64,000 nt of DNA from an uncultured Gemmatimonadales bacterium (GCA_963798845.1 CAWCUS010000005.1:135572-199571); one strand, 5' to 3'. Positions 37,485 to 48,926 are shown, counted from the stretch's first letter. Numbers and translations: made by a program. The notes: generated by a model not told the origin, from the sequence alone.

Positions 37485-37798
37485 AGCTCCTCCCGAAGGA
37501 AATCGAAGCGCGCCACCAGCCGACGGATCCGCTCCTGCGCCTTCCCGATGCGCCGCCGGAGATCACGGTTCTCCTCTTCCAGCAGGCGCACCGTCTCCTT
37601 CAGCTTCAGCGGATCCAGCCCGCCTTCGTGGATATTCCGGAGCGTCTGCTCCAGCTCGCCCGCGCGCGCCTCCGCCACCTGTGCGCGTGCCCGGTACCCG
37701 GCGACGTCGTCCAGCAGCCGCCGCACCGCGCGCTCCAGGCGCTCGTACTCCGCCGGAAGCGCGTCGGCCGCCTTCGTGTCAACCGCGTCGTTCGACAC
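37481..37798 (-). CDS. Coiled-coil protein (ZapB-like?), hypothetical
   Basis: 105-aa heptad-rich protein containing ...LERAVRRLLDDVAGYRARAQVAEARAGELEQTLRNI... and ...LKETVRLLEEENRDLRRRIGKAQERIRRL. It has a GTG start. It overlaps the pheT end by 20 nt and the zapA start by 4 nt. Confidence 0.55.
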   Translation of the reverse strand: MSNDAVDTKAADALPAEYERLERAVRRLLDDVAGYRARAQVAEARAGELEQTLRNIHEGGLDPLKLKETVRLLEEENRDLRRRIGKAQERIRRLVARFDFLREEL

Positions 37799-40220
37799 CG
37801 TGGACTTCCCTCAAGCGGTTCAGGACGCGTTCGATCGCCCGATCGACCTCCTCGTCCTTCAAGGTACGCTCCGCGTGACGGAAAACCAGCCGGTATGCGA
37901 TGCTCCTGACCCCCTCCGGCACCCCGCGCCCACGGTAAACGTCGAACACCTCCACCGCCTCCAGCAGCCCGCCGGCCGCCTCTCGCACCGTCGCTTCCAC
38001 TTCCGCGGCCGGGAGAGAGTCCGGCACCAGGAGCGCAAGATCGCGGTCGCTCGACGGCTGCGTGGCGAGCGGCGCCAGCGCCGGTCGGCTCCGGCGCGCC
38101 ATGTCCTCGGTCAGCCGGATCTCCAGCGCGAACGCCGGCGCCGCCCACGTGGGTGCGTCCAGCGCCTTTCCGGCCACCTCGCCCCCGATGCCGACCACGC
38201 CCGCGGGCGTGCGGAGCGCCAGCACGGTGCCCGGGCGGAAGAGATCGCGGCGGGCCAGGTCGCCGGTCTCCTCGTCGCCGAGCGGGCCCACATGCGCTCG
38301 CCCGGGGCCGAGGACCCGGCCGAGCTGCTCGAGGAGGCCACGTGCGTCCCAGAGGTCGTGGTCGTCGGCACTGCCCGACCAGTGCGGCGGCTCGCGGCGG
38401 CCGCTCAGGACCACGGCCACCCGGCGGTCCTCAGCGGGGCGCCCGCCGGGACCGCCCGCGTGGAAGGTGGTGCCGATCTCGAAGAGCCGGACGTCGCGCA
38501 CCCCGCGGGCGAAGTTGAGCTCGAGGGCGCGCAGGAGCCCGTGCGCCACGGTCGAGCGCAGCACGCTCTCCTCGCTGGAGAGCGGGCGGAGGAGTGGGAC
38601 CTCCCCTGCCGACTGTGCCACCATGGGAACGCTCCGGGCCTCGAGCAGGCCCGCCCCGACCATGAACTCCCGCACCCGGTCCTCGAGGCGGAGCGCCGGG
38701 GAGTCGGCGATGGTGGTGGCGCGGAACGGGCGGGGGCTGGCGTCCAGCCGGTCGTACCCGTAGCGGCGGGCCACCTCTTCGATGAGGTCGATCTCCCGCG
38801 TGACATCGTGGCGCCGGAACCCGGGCACCGCGAACGCGAGGATGTCGTCGTCGCGGCTCCGGAGCTCGAACCCGAGCGTCTGCAGGATGTCCCGGATCTG
38901 CTCGGCAGGAATGGGCGTCCCGAGCACGGCCTCCACGCGGGAGGGCCGTAGCGGGACCACCGGGGCCTCCTGCGGTGCCGGGAAGACGTCCAGCGCCGCT
39001 TCCGTTCGGCCGCCGGCCACCGCCGCGATCAGCTCCACGGCGCGCAGCAGCGCCCGCTCCATCCCCTCCATGTCGACGCCGCGCTCGAAACGATAGCTCG
39101 CATCCGTGGAGAGCCCCAGCGCTCTCGCCGTGCTCCGGATCGAGCGCGGGTCGAAGTACGCGCACTCCAGCAGGACGCGCGTGGTGACGGCCGTCACTTC
39201 GCTGGTTGAGCCCCCCATGACCCCTGCCACCGCGACCGGCGCCGCCGCGTCGGCGATCACCAGCATGTCCGCGGTCAGCCGACGCTCCGCGTCGTCCAGC
39301 GTCGTGATGCGCTCTCCCGGGCGCGCGCGCCGGACGCGGATCTCGGGGCCGTCCAGGCGCTCGAGGTCGAACGCGTGCAGCGGCTGACCCAGCTCATGCA
39401 GCACGTAGTTGGTCGCATCCACCACGTTGTTGATCGGCCGCTGCCCGATCGAACGGAGCCGGCTCGCGAGCCACGGCGGCGATGGCGCGACTGTGACATC
39501 CTCGATCACGGCGGCCATGTAGCGCGGGCAGGCGGCCGCGTCCTCGATGCAGAGGCGCACACCCGAGGCCCGGCCTTCCGTTCGCTCGCGCCGGATCGAG
39601 GGTGCGGGAGCGTCGCCCCGGACCCCCTCCCCATCATCGGGAAACGGCTGCAGGTGAACGCCGTGGTGTCCCTCGGGCGCCAGCTCGCGCGCCACGCCCA
39701 CGTGAGACAGGAGGTCCGACCGGTTCGGCGTGACCTCCAGCGTCAGGCGGGCGTCGTCGAGCCCGAGCGCTTCGACGAGCGGCGACCCGACGGTGTGAGC
39801 GTCGGCGAGGCGCATGATCCCCGACCCGTCGCGGCCAAGCCCCAGCTCGCGCTCGCTGCACAGCATGCCGTTGCTGTATTCGCCCCGGATCTTCGCCCGC
39901 CGCAACTCCACGCCACCCGGGAGGGAAGACCCCGCGGGCGCGAACGGATACAGCGCCCCCTCCTCGACGTTGGGGGCGCCGCAGACCACCTGCACCGGCT
40001 CTCCGCCGCCGGCGTCCACGTCGCAGAGGGTGAGGCGATCGGCGTTGGGGTGCGGCCTCGAGCGGAGCACGCGGGCCACGACGACCTCGCCGAGCCCGGC
40101 GCCCGGCCGCGCCAGCTCCTCCACCGGCGCGCCCAGCATTCCGAGGCGAGCGGCCAGCGCTTCCGGCTCATCCTGGATCTCCGGCGCCAGCTCCCGGAGC
40201 CACCGGTAGCTGATGTTCAT
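37779..40220 (-). CDS. pheT: Phenylalanine--tRNA ligase beta subunit
   Basis: The protein begins MNISYRWLRELAPEIQDEPEALAARLGMLGAPVEEL and contains B3/4, B5 and FDX-ACB regions. Its ATG overlaps the pheS stop (ATGA at 40217-40220). The upstream part of the 954-aa ORF lies inside pheS. Confidence 0.9.
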   Translation of the reverse strand: MNISYRWLRELAPEIQDEPEALAARLGMLGAPVEELARPGAGLGEVVVARVLRSRPHPNADRLTLCDVDAGGGEPVQVVCGAPNVEEGALYPFAPAGSSLPGGVELRRAKIRGEYSNGMLCSERELGLGRDGSGIMRLADAHTVGSPLVEALGLDDARLTLEVTPNRSDLLSHVGVARELAPEGHHGVHLQPFPDDGEGVRGDAPAPSIRRERTEGRASGVRLCIEDAAACPRYMAAVIEDVTVAPSPPWLASRLRSIGQRPINNVVDATNYVLHELGQPLHAFDLERLDGPEIRVRRARPGERITTLDDAERRLTADMLVIADAAAPVAVAGVMGGSTSEVTAVTTRVLLECAYFDPRSIRSTARALGLSTDASYRFERGVDMEGMERALLRAVELIAAVAGGRTEAALDVFPAPQEAPVVPLRPSRVEAVLGTPIPAEQIRDILQTLGFELRSRDDDILAFAVPGFRRHDVTREIDLIEEVARRYGYDRLDASPRPFRATTIADSPALRLEDRVREFMVGAGLLEARSVPMVAQSAGEVPLLRPLSSEESVLRSTVAHGLLRALELNFARGVRDVRLFEIGTTFHAGGPGGRPAEDRRVAVVLSGRREPPHWSGSADDHDLWDARGLLEQLGRVLGPGRAHVGPLGDEETGDLARRDLFRPGTVLALRTPAGVVGIGGEVAGKALDAPTWAAPAFALEIRLTEDMARRSRPALAPLATQPSSDRDLALLVPDSLPAAEVEATVREAAGGLLEAVEVFDVYRGRGVPEGVRSIAYRLVFRHAERTLKDEEVDRAIERVLNRLREVHGVERRG

Positions 40221-41242
40221 GAGAACTGCTCCAGGAAACGGGTGTCGCCCTCGTACCACATGCGGATGTCCGGGACGCCGTACACCAGGATGGCGATGCG
40301 GCCGGGGCCCATGCCGAACGCGAACCCCGTGTACCGCTCGGGGTCGTAGCCCACGTTCTCGAACACGGCGGGATCCACCATGCCCGCTCCCATGATCTCC
40401 AGCCACCCCGTCCCCTTGCAGGTGCTGCAGCCCTTCCCGCCGCAGATCGCGCACGTCACGTCCACCTCGGCGCTCGGCTCCGTGAACGGGAAGAAGGAGG
40501 GCCGGAAGCGCGTGCGCGTGCCACTCCCGAAGAGCTTGCGGGCGAACTCGCTCAGCGTCGCCTTCAGGTCCACCAGCGTGATCCCCTCGTCCACCACGAG
40601 CCCTTCGATCTGCTCGAACGCGGGCGCGTGCGACGGGTCCCATGGATCGCGCCGGTAGACCAGCCCCGGCGCCAGGATGCGGATCGGGGGCTCGTGCGCC
40701 AGCATGGTCCGCACCTGCACGGGCGAGGTGTGGCTTCGCAGGAGAACGCCGTCGCCCAGGTAGAACGTGTCGCCCGGTGCCGCGGCCGGGTGGTCGAGCG
40801 GCGTGTTCAGAGCCTCGAAGTTGTGCCAGTCCGTCTCGGCCTCGGGGCCCGTGGCCCGGACGAAGCCCATGTCGCGGAAAATGCCATGGATCTCGTCCAT
40901 CACCTGCGTCACGGGGTGCCTCGCCCCCCGCCAGTGGCGCCGGCCCGGGAGCGTGAGGTCCAGCGACGGACCGGCAGCGGTGGCGCCGGCCAGCTCCGCT
41001 TCCCTCGCCTCCAGCAGCGCTGTCACCACGGCCTTGACCTCGTTCGCCCGCTTCCCCACCGCGGGTCGCTCCTCGGGCGGCATCTCGCCAAGCCGCCGCA
41101 GGATGGCCGTGAGGCGCCCGTCCTTGCGCCCCAGCAGCTCCACCCGCAGCCCTTCGAGGGCCGCCGCGTCGGCGGCTTCGGCCACCTGGCCGCGGGCCGT
41201 CCTCTCCAGCGCGTCCAGCGCTTCGATCAACTCGCTCGCCAT
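40217..41242 (-). CDS. pheS: Phenylalanine--tRNA ligase alpha subunit
   Basis: The protein begins MASELIEALDALERTARGQV and also contains ...HPVTQVMDEIHGIFRDMGF, ...LLRSHTSPVQVR and ...FRPSFFPFTEPSAEVD. The ORF is trimmed to the ATG at 41240-41242. Confidence 0.9.
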   Translation of the reverse strand: MASELIEALDALERTARGQVAEAADAAALEGLRVELLGRKDGRLTAILRRLGEMPPEERPAVGKRANEVKAVVTALLEAREAELAGATAAGPSLDLTLPGRRHWRGARHPVTQVMDEIHGIFRDMGFVRATGPEAETDWHNFEALNTPLDHPAAAPGDTFYLGDGVLLRSHTSPVQVRTMLAHEPPIRILAPGLVYRRDPWDPSHAPAFEQIEGLVVDEGITLVDLKATLSEFARKLFGSGTRTRFRPSFFPFTEPSAEVDVTCAICGGKGCSTCKGTGWLEIMGAGMVDPAVFENVGYDPERYTGFAFGMGPGRIAILVYGVPDIRMWYEGDTRFLEQFS

Positions 41243-41325
41243 TCCACGTCCCCGAAATCGAATCGCCCCCCGGCCCGTTGCTCGAGCCGAGGGGCGAAGG
41301 TGCTGTTCCGAAACAGCAATCGCAA

Positions 41326-41682
41326 CTAGTCGAGCTGAGCCTTGGCCTGCGTCACCAGCTCTCCGAAGGCTTCCGGCTCGCGCACCGCGAGGTCCGCCAG
41401 GACTTTCCGGTTCACCTCGATCCCCGCCCGCTTCAGGCCGTTCATGAACCGGCTGTAGCTGAGGTCGTGCTGGCGCGCCGCGGCGTTTATCCGCGAGATC
41501 CACAGGCGGCGGAACTCGCGCTTCTTGTTCTTCCGGTCACGGTACGAGTACTGCCAGCCGCGCTCCACCGCGTTCTTTGCGATGCGCCATAGCTTCGACC
41601 GCCCGCCGAAATAACCGCGGGCCGCCCGGAAATACTTCTTCTTCTTGCGGTGTCTCGACACCGCGTTCGTTGATCTCGGCAT
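41326..41682 (-). CDS. rplT: 50S ribosomal protein L20
   Basis: 118-aa protein beginning MPRSTNAVSRHRKKKKYFRAARGYFGGRSKLWRIAKNAVERGWQYSYRDRKNKKREFRRLWISRINAA. Confidence 0.95.
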   Translation of the reverse strand: MPRSTNAVSRHRKKKKYFRAARGYFGGRSKLWRIAKNAVERGWQYSYRDRKNKKREFRRLWISRINAAARQHDLSYSRFMNGLKRAGIEVNRKVLADLAVREPEAFGELVTQAKAQLD

Positions 41683-41686
41683 TCCA

Positions 41687-41881
41687 CTACCCCTGCAGCA
41701 GGCGCTTCATGCGCTTCTCGTCCGCCTTCGACACGAGCGTGGGCGCACGCAGATGGCGCTTCCGCTTCCGATCCTTCTTGGTAAGGATGTGCCGGCGGTT
41801 CTGCTTCCCACGCTTCAGCCGACCGCTCGCCGTACGCTTCAGACGCTTCGCCGCGCCCTTGTTCGTCTTCATCTTCGGCAT
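41687..41881 (-). CDS. rpmI: 50S ribosomal protein L35
   Basis: 64-aa protein beginning [36 protein letters not shown]. Confidence 0.93.
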   Translation of the reverse strand: MPKMKTNKGAAKRLKRTASGRLKRGKQNRRHILTKKDRKRKRHLRAPTLVSKADEKRMKRLLQG

Positions 41882-41898
41882 TGCCTACCTCCCTCGCT

Positions 41899-42414
<516 letters not shown>

Positions 42415-42438
42415 CGCTTTGCTCTCCTGTGACGGACG

Positions 42439-42465
42439 AAAAAAAGGACCCGCTCTCACGGGTCC
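42439..42465 (-). terminator. Intrinsic terminator in the infC leader (candidate attenuator)
   Basis: The minus strand has the hairpin GGACCCG-TGAGAG-CGGGTCC (42446-42465) followed by TTTTTTT (plus-strand A-run 42439-42445). It lies 25 nt upstream of the infC start and ~115 nt downstream of the candidate promoter. Confidence 0.8.
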
Positions 42466-42584
42466 ACGGCTGCACCCTGCCCGGGTGGGCAAGGCGGCCT
42501 GTGAACCCGGCGGTACCGCGGAGCGGACCGAAAGGTGGAGGGGCGGCCAAGCTGCACCCTCGCTTCCTCAGTTTTCCGGGGCGA

Positions 42585-42613
42585 AGTATAGGGCCTGCGG
42601 CCCGGGGGGTCAA
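42585..42613 (-). promoter_or_regulatory. Candidate sigma70-type promoter for infC-rpmI-rplT
   Basis: The minus strand reads TTGACC (42608-42613), a 17-nt spacer, then TATACT (42585-42590). It lies in the thrS-infC intergenic region. Confidence 0.6.
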
Positions 42614-42667
42614 CGGCCCCCTCCACGCGAGGCCCGGGACGCGCGAGGATCGCAGGCGCGGCGTCTC

Positions 42668-44605
42668 CTACAACGCCTTGGACCCGATCTCGTCGCGCAG
42701 CTGTCCCAGGAAGTCTTCGCGACCGAGCACGTCCTGCTTCTTCCCCGCGCCGTGCTTGCGCACGGCGACGGTCCCGGCCTCCACCTCTCGCTGCCCGACC
42801 ACCGCAAGGTACGGCACCTTCTGCGTCTCGCCGTCGCGGATCTTGTAGCTCAGCGTCTCGGAGCGGTCGTCCAGAGTCGCCCGGACGCCGGCGTCCCGCA
42901 GCCGGTCGGCGAACGCGCGGGCATCGTCGGCCTGGTCATCCGTGATCGGGAGGACGCGCACCTGCTCGGGCGCCAGCCAGAGCGGGAAAGCGCCCGCGAA
43001 GTGCTCGATCAGGATGGCGATGAAGCGCTCGAGGGAGCCGAAGATCGCCCGGTGTATCACCACCGGCCGGTGCGGGTGGTTGTCCTCCCCCGTGTACTCC
43101 AGCTCGAAGCGTTCGGGCGCGGCGTAGTCGAGCTGGATCGTGCCCAGCTGCCAGCTCCGGCCTATTGCGTCCACCACGTCGAAGTCGATCTTGGGGCCGT
43201 AGAACGCGCCATCGCCCTCCTTGAGGTCGTACTCCAGGCCCAGCCCCTCCAGGGCATTGCGCAGCCCCGCCTCCGCCCGGTCCCACATCTCGTCGGTGCC
43301 GATGCGCTGCTCCGGGCGCGTGGCGAATTTCTTCGTATAGCTCAACCCCAGCGTCCCGTAGAAGTAGTCGATGAGCTCCACAAGCCGACGGACCTCATCG
43401 GCGATCTGCTCTTCCGTGATGAAGATGTGGGCATCGTCCTGCTGGAACTGGCGCACGCGCGTGAGCCCCGAGAGCGCGCCCGTGATCTCGTTCCGGTGCA
43501 GCACGTCCTGCGTGGCGAAGCGGAGCGGCAGCTCGCGGTAGGAGTGCGCGCGCGACTTGTAGAGAAGGTAATGGGACGGGCAGTTCATCGGCTTCATGCC
43601 GAAGTCGTGCTCGCCCGACTCCCTGTCGAGCACCAGGAACATGTTGTCCTGGTACTTGCCCCAGTGCCCCGAGAGCTCCCACAGCGCCTTGTTGTACAGC
43701 AGCGGCGTCTTGACCTGCTGGTAGCCGTTCTCCGCCAGGACGTCCCGCATCCACTCCACCAGGGCGTGGTAGATGGTCGTGCCGCGATCCGTCCAGAACG
43801 GAGCGCCGGGTGCCCATGGATGGAACATGAAGAGGTCCAGCTCGCGTCCCAGCTTCCGATGGTCCCGCCGCTTCGCCTCCTCCAACCGGACCAGGTACTC
43901 CTGGAGGTCCGCCTCCGTGAACCAGGCGGTGCCGTAGATGCGCTGGAGCATCTGCCGCTTCTCGTCCCCGCGCCAGTACGCCCCGGCCGTGGACAGCAGC
44001 TTGAAATGCGCAACCTCTCCCGTCGCGGGCACGTGCGGACCGCGGCACAGGTCGAGGAACGGTCCGTTCCGGTAAATCGTGATGACCTCGTCGTCGCCGA
44101 GCTCCTCGAGCCGCTCCAGCTTGAGCGGGTCGTCCGCGAACAGCGCCCTGGCCTCTGCCTTCCCGACCACGCGCCGCTCGAACGGAGAGTCCTCGCCGGC
44201 GACCTCTCGCATCGCCGTCTCGATCTGCGCCAGTTCCTCCGGGGTGAACGGCTCGTCCACCTCGAAGTCGTAGTAGAAGCCGTTCTCAATGGCGGGGCCG
44301 AACCCGATGCCGGCGCCCGGGCGAACTTTCCGGACCGCCGTGGCCAGCACGTGCGCGGCCGAGTGGCGCAGCACCTCGAGCGCCTCCGGGCTGCGCCGCG
44401 TGATGATCTCCAGCGCTGCGTCCCGCTCCAGCGGGCGCCCGAGGTCCACGACCTCGCCGTCCACCTTCGCCGCCAGCGCGGCGCGGGCCAGCCCTGGACC
44501 GATCCGTTCGGCAACGTCCCGGGCCGTCGCCCCACGCGGGACCTCCAGCGCCTTGCCGTCCGGCAGTCGGACGCGGATCACACCCTCTTCCGTTCCCTTC
44601 ATCAC
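42668..44605 (-). CDS. thrS: Threonine--tRNA ligase
   Basis: 645-aa protein with a TGS domain (IRVRLPDGKALEVPRGATARDVAERIG) and the editing motif HSAAHVLA. The class II core (...FRLLSTAGAYWRGDE-like HFKLLSTAGAYWRGDEKRQMLQRIYG) and an anticodon-binding domain are present. The ORF starts at the GTG at 44605; the adjacent ATG at 44600-44602 (GGAG-N6-ATG) is equally likely. Confidence 0.92.
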   Translation of the reverse strand: MMKGTEEGVIRVRLPDGKALEVPRGATARDVAERIGPGLARAALAAKVDGEVVDLGRPLERDAALEIITRRSPEALEVLRHSAAHVLATAVRKVRPGAGIGFGPAIENGFYYDFEVDEPFTPEELAQIETAMREVAGEDSPFERRVVGKAEARALFADDPLKLERLEELGDDEVITIYRNGPFLDLCRGPHVPATGEVAHFKLLSTAGAYWRGDEKRQMLQRIYGTAWFTEADLQEYLVRLEEAKRRDHRKLGRELDLFMFHPWAPGAPFWTDRGTTIYHALVEWMRDVLAENGYQQVKTPLLYNKALWELSGHWGKYQDNMFLVLDRESGEHDFGMKPMNCPSHYLLYKSRAHSYRELPLRFATQDVLHRNEITGALSGLTRVRQFQQDDAHIFITEEQIADEVRRLVELIDYFYGTLGLSYTKKFATRPEQRIGTDEMWDRAEAGLRNALEGLGLEYDLKEGDGAFYGPKIDFDVVDAIGRSWQLGTIQLDYAAPERFELEYTGEDNHPHRPVVIHRAIFGSLERFIAILIEHFAGAFPLWLAPEQVRVLPITDDQADDARAFADRLRDAGVRATLDDRSETLSYKIRDGETQKVPYLAVVGQREVEAGTVAVRKHGAGKKQDVLGREDFLGQLRDEIGSKAL

Positions 44606-44879
44606 TCGCTCCGCTCTCTTTCAGGCACCCGCCCACGCCAATCCAGCCGACCTGCCAACGACGCCGCCCGTCCACGCCGCTCCCGGCGGCCGGCCGCGAC
44701 CGGCTTCCACCGCCATCCGACAGCGCCGGAAATGGAAACGGCCCCTCCGCGCGCCGGAGAGGCCGTCCGTCGGACGCGGGCGCCGGTTACGCCCGCAACG
44801 GGACAGACCTCCCCCGCGCTCCCGTGGCGCGCGAGGTGGTGGTCTCGGTGGAGACAGGCGTCGTTTCCCGCATGCGGAT

Positions 44880-44909
44880 ACCATAGCCCCGCTGCCGCGG
44901 TGGCGTCAA
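44880..44909 (-). promoter_or_regulatory. Candidate sigma70-type promoter for thrS
   Basis: The minus strand reads TTGACG (44904-44909), an 18-nt spacer, then TATGGT (44880-44885). This implies a leader of about 265 nt. Confidence 0.5.
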
Positions 44910-45048
44910 TGCGCGCCGCCGTCCGGCATGTCCATTGCCTCGCGTCGACACGCGAATGCCACGCCGACGGCTTTTCGCCGCGCTCCCGTGGCTCTAGCTT
45001 TGGGAGTTCTCTTGCACAACCGCACTACCCCGGACAGAGGCTGACCCG

Positions 45049-47118
45049 TTGACGATGACGTTGTTCGAACGCCTGCAGGATCTCGCCTACAACCTGCGGT
45101 GGGACTGGCACCGTCCCACACGTCGGCTCTTCTGTGAGCTCGACCCCGAGCTGTGGGAGCGCACGAGCCACAATCCCGTGGCGCTCCTGCGCCGTCTCGA
45201 TCCGGCCGCGCCGCCGCCCGTGGACCGCCTGGAAGAGCGCGTCGACGACCTGTGGCGGGACCTCCACGACTATCTGGGCGCGCGCGACACATGGTATGGT
45301 CCCCCCGAAGAGCCAATGGACCGCCCCCTCGTCGCATATTTCTCGGCCGAGTACGGCCTGACGGAGTGCCTCCGGATCTACTCCGGCGGGCTCGGCATCC
45401 TCGCGGGCGACCACCTGAAGGCCGCCAGCGACCTGGGCCTCCCCCTCGTTGCCGTCGGGCTCCTCTATCGGGAGGGCTATTTCACCCAGCACGTGGATGC
45501 CGGTGGCCGCCAGCACGAGACCTTCCCGGCCGCGGACTTCGACGACCTCCCCCTGCACCCTGTGCACCGCAGGGACGGCTCGCGAATGCGAATCACCGTG
45601 CCGTTCCCGGGCCGGCCGCTCACGGCGGCGGTGTGGCGCGCGGACGTCGGTCGTGTCGCGCTCTACCTGCTCGACACCGACCTCCCCGAGAACGCTCCGG
45701 CCGACCGGGGGATCACCTCCCGGCTCTATGGCGGAGACCAGGAGCTGCGGATCGCCCAGGAGATCATGCTGGGGATCGGCGGATACCGCGCCCTCTCGGC
45801 CATGCGGGTGAAGCCCCGCTCGTTCCACATGAACGAGGGTCACTCCGCCTTCCTCGCCATCGAGCTCGTGCGCGACCTCATGATGGCCGAAGGTCTGGGC
45901 TTTGCCGCCGCTGTCGAAACGGCGCGAGAGCGCAACATCTTCACCACGCACACACCCGTTCCGGCAGGTCACGACCGCTTCGCACCGGCTCTCATGGAGC
46001 AGCACTTCGGTGCGATCGCTGCGGCGATGGGGATTTCCGTGACGGATCTCCTCGGCCTCGGCCGCGTGGATCCCGGTGACGAGGCGGAGCCGTTCACCAT
46101 GACGGTGCTGGCGCTGCGCCTGGCCGCGCAGGCCAACGGCGTGAGCGCCGTCCACGGGCAGGTGTCGCGCGAGATGTGGCGGCCGCTCTGGCCCGACCGC
46201 GGCGTCGACCGCGTCCCGATCGGACACATCACGAACGGCGTCCACCTCCCCAGCTGGGTCCACCCCGACATAGCCGCGACCTGGGGCAATGTCGCGCCGG
46301 CCCAGCTCGGCGTGGACGAGCGCGCCCCCAGCCTCGATCCGGCCACGCTCTGGGCCGCCCACCAGCAGAGGCGGCACCGGCTCGTCCACTACGTCAGGGA
46401 GCGCACGGGCGTGGAGCTCAGCCCGGAGGCGCTCACCATCGGCTTCGCGCGGCGCTTCGCCACCTACAAGCGCGCCACCCTCCTCTTCCAGGACCCGGAC
46501 CGGCTCGCCCGTCTCCTGTCCGATCCCGAGCGTCCGGTCCAGCTCATCTTCGGGGGCAAGGCCCATCCGAAGGACCAGGGCGGGAAGGCGCTCATCCGAC
46601 GGATCCTGGAAGCATCCCAGGAGGAACGCTTCCGCAACCGGATCGTCTTCCTCCCCGGCTACGGGATCGACCTGGCGCGCGTCCTGGTGCAGGGCGCCGA
46701 CGTCTGGCTGAACAACCCACGCCGTCCGCTGGAGGCCAGCGGGACCAGCGGGATGAAGGCCGCGGCCAACGGGGTGCTGAACGTCAGCATCCTGGACGGG
46801 TGGTGGGACGAGGCATGGAGCGCCAGCGAGGGGCAGGACACCAGGCCGGGCTGGGCCATCGCCAGCGATGACGCCGCAGGCTCACCCGAGGCGGTGGACG
46901 AGCTCGACTACCAGGCTCTCTTCGCGCTGCTCGAGGAGGAGGTCGTACCCGCCTTCTACCACCGCGACGAGAGCGGCGCTCCGGCGGAATGGACGGCGCG
47001 AATGGTGGCGAGCGTCGCGACGATCGCGCCCGTCTTCAACACGAACCGGATGGTCCGCCAGTACGCAGAGCGCTACCGCCAGGCCGCCGAGCTCGCTGCC
47101 GTCGGCCGCGATCGCTGA
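45049..47118 (+). CDS. glgP: Alpha-glucan (glycogen/maltodextrin) phosphorylase, GT35 'alpha-glucan family' type
   Basis: 689-aa protein with ...LAYNLRWDWHRPTRRLFCELDPELWERTSHNPV, ...FSAEYGLTECLRIYSGGLGILAGDHLKAASDLGLPLVAVGLLYREGYF and the PLP-Lys region ...EASGTSGMKAAANGV. The start is either the TTG at 45049 or the ATG at 45055. Confidence 0.88.
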   Translation: MTMTLFERLQDLAYNLRWDWHRPTRRLFCELDPELWERTSHNPVALLRRLDPAAPPPVDRLEERVDDLWRDLHDYLGARDTWYGPPEEPMDRPLVAYFSAEYGLTECLRIYSGGLGILAGDHLKAASDLGLPLVAVGLLYREGYFTQHVDAGGRQHETFPAADFDDLPLHPVHRRDGSRMRITVPFPGRPLTAAVWRADVGRVALYLLDTDLPENAPADRGITSRLYGGDQELRIAQEIMLGIGGYRALSAMRVKPRSFHMNEGHSAFLAIELVRDLMMAEGLGFAAAVETARERNIFTTHTPVPAGHDRFAPALMEQHFGAIAAAMGISVTDLLGLGRVDPGDEAEPFTMTVLALRLAAQANGVSAVHGQVSREMWRPLWPDRGVDRVPIGHITNGVHLPSWVHPDIAATWGNVAPAQLGVDERAPSLDPATLWAAHQQRRHRLVHYVRERTGVELSPEALTIGFARRFATYKRATLLFQDPDRLARLLSDPERPVQLIFGGKAHPKDQGGKALIRRILEASQEERFRNRIVFLPGYGIDLARVLVQGADVWLNNPRRPLEASGTSGMKAAANGVLNVSILDGWWDEAWSASEGQDTRPGWAIASDDAAGSPEAVDELDYQALFALLEEEVVPAFYHRDESGAPAEWTARMVASVATIAPVFNTNRMVRQYAERYRQAAELAAVGRDR

Positions 47119-47167
47119 CGCCGCCGCGCGCACGACCGCCCGCCTCCGGCCTCCTCCCACGAACGAG

Positions 47168-47205
47168 ATCGGGCCCCTCCCGCGGCGTCGCGGGAGGGGC
47201 CCGAT
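47168..47205. terminator. GC-rich hairpin between the convergent glgP and groEL genes (putative bidirectional terminator)
   Basis: A near-perfect palindrome, ATCGGGCCCCTCCCGCG-GCGT-CGCGGGAGGGGCCCGAT, is present. The flanking U-tracts are weak on both strands. Confidence 0.5.
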
Positions 47206-47229
47206 TCCGTACTGCCGTGCAGCGGGCGA

Positions 47230-48879
<1,650 letters not shown>

Positions 48880-48926
48880 TTACCCTATCTCTGGTTAGCC
48901 TTCTGTTCCCGAAATGCCCGGGCCGC

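Noticed and set aside
42509-42520. A T-box-like sequence, GGCGGTACCGCG (consensus GGUGGUACCGCG), in the thrS-infC spacer.
   Set aside because: It is on the plus strand, where no gene follows; both thrS and infC are on the minus strand. It also has no associated specifier or terminator architecture in that orientation. I treat it as a chance GC-rich match.
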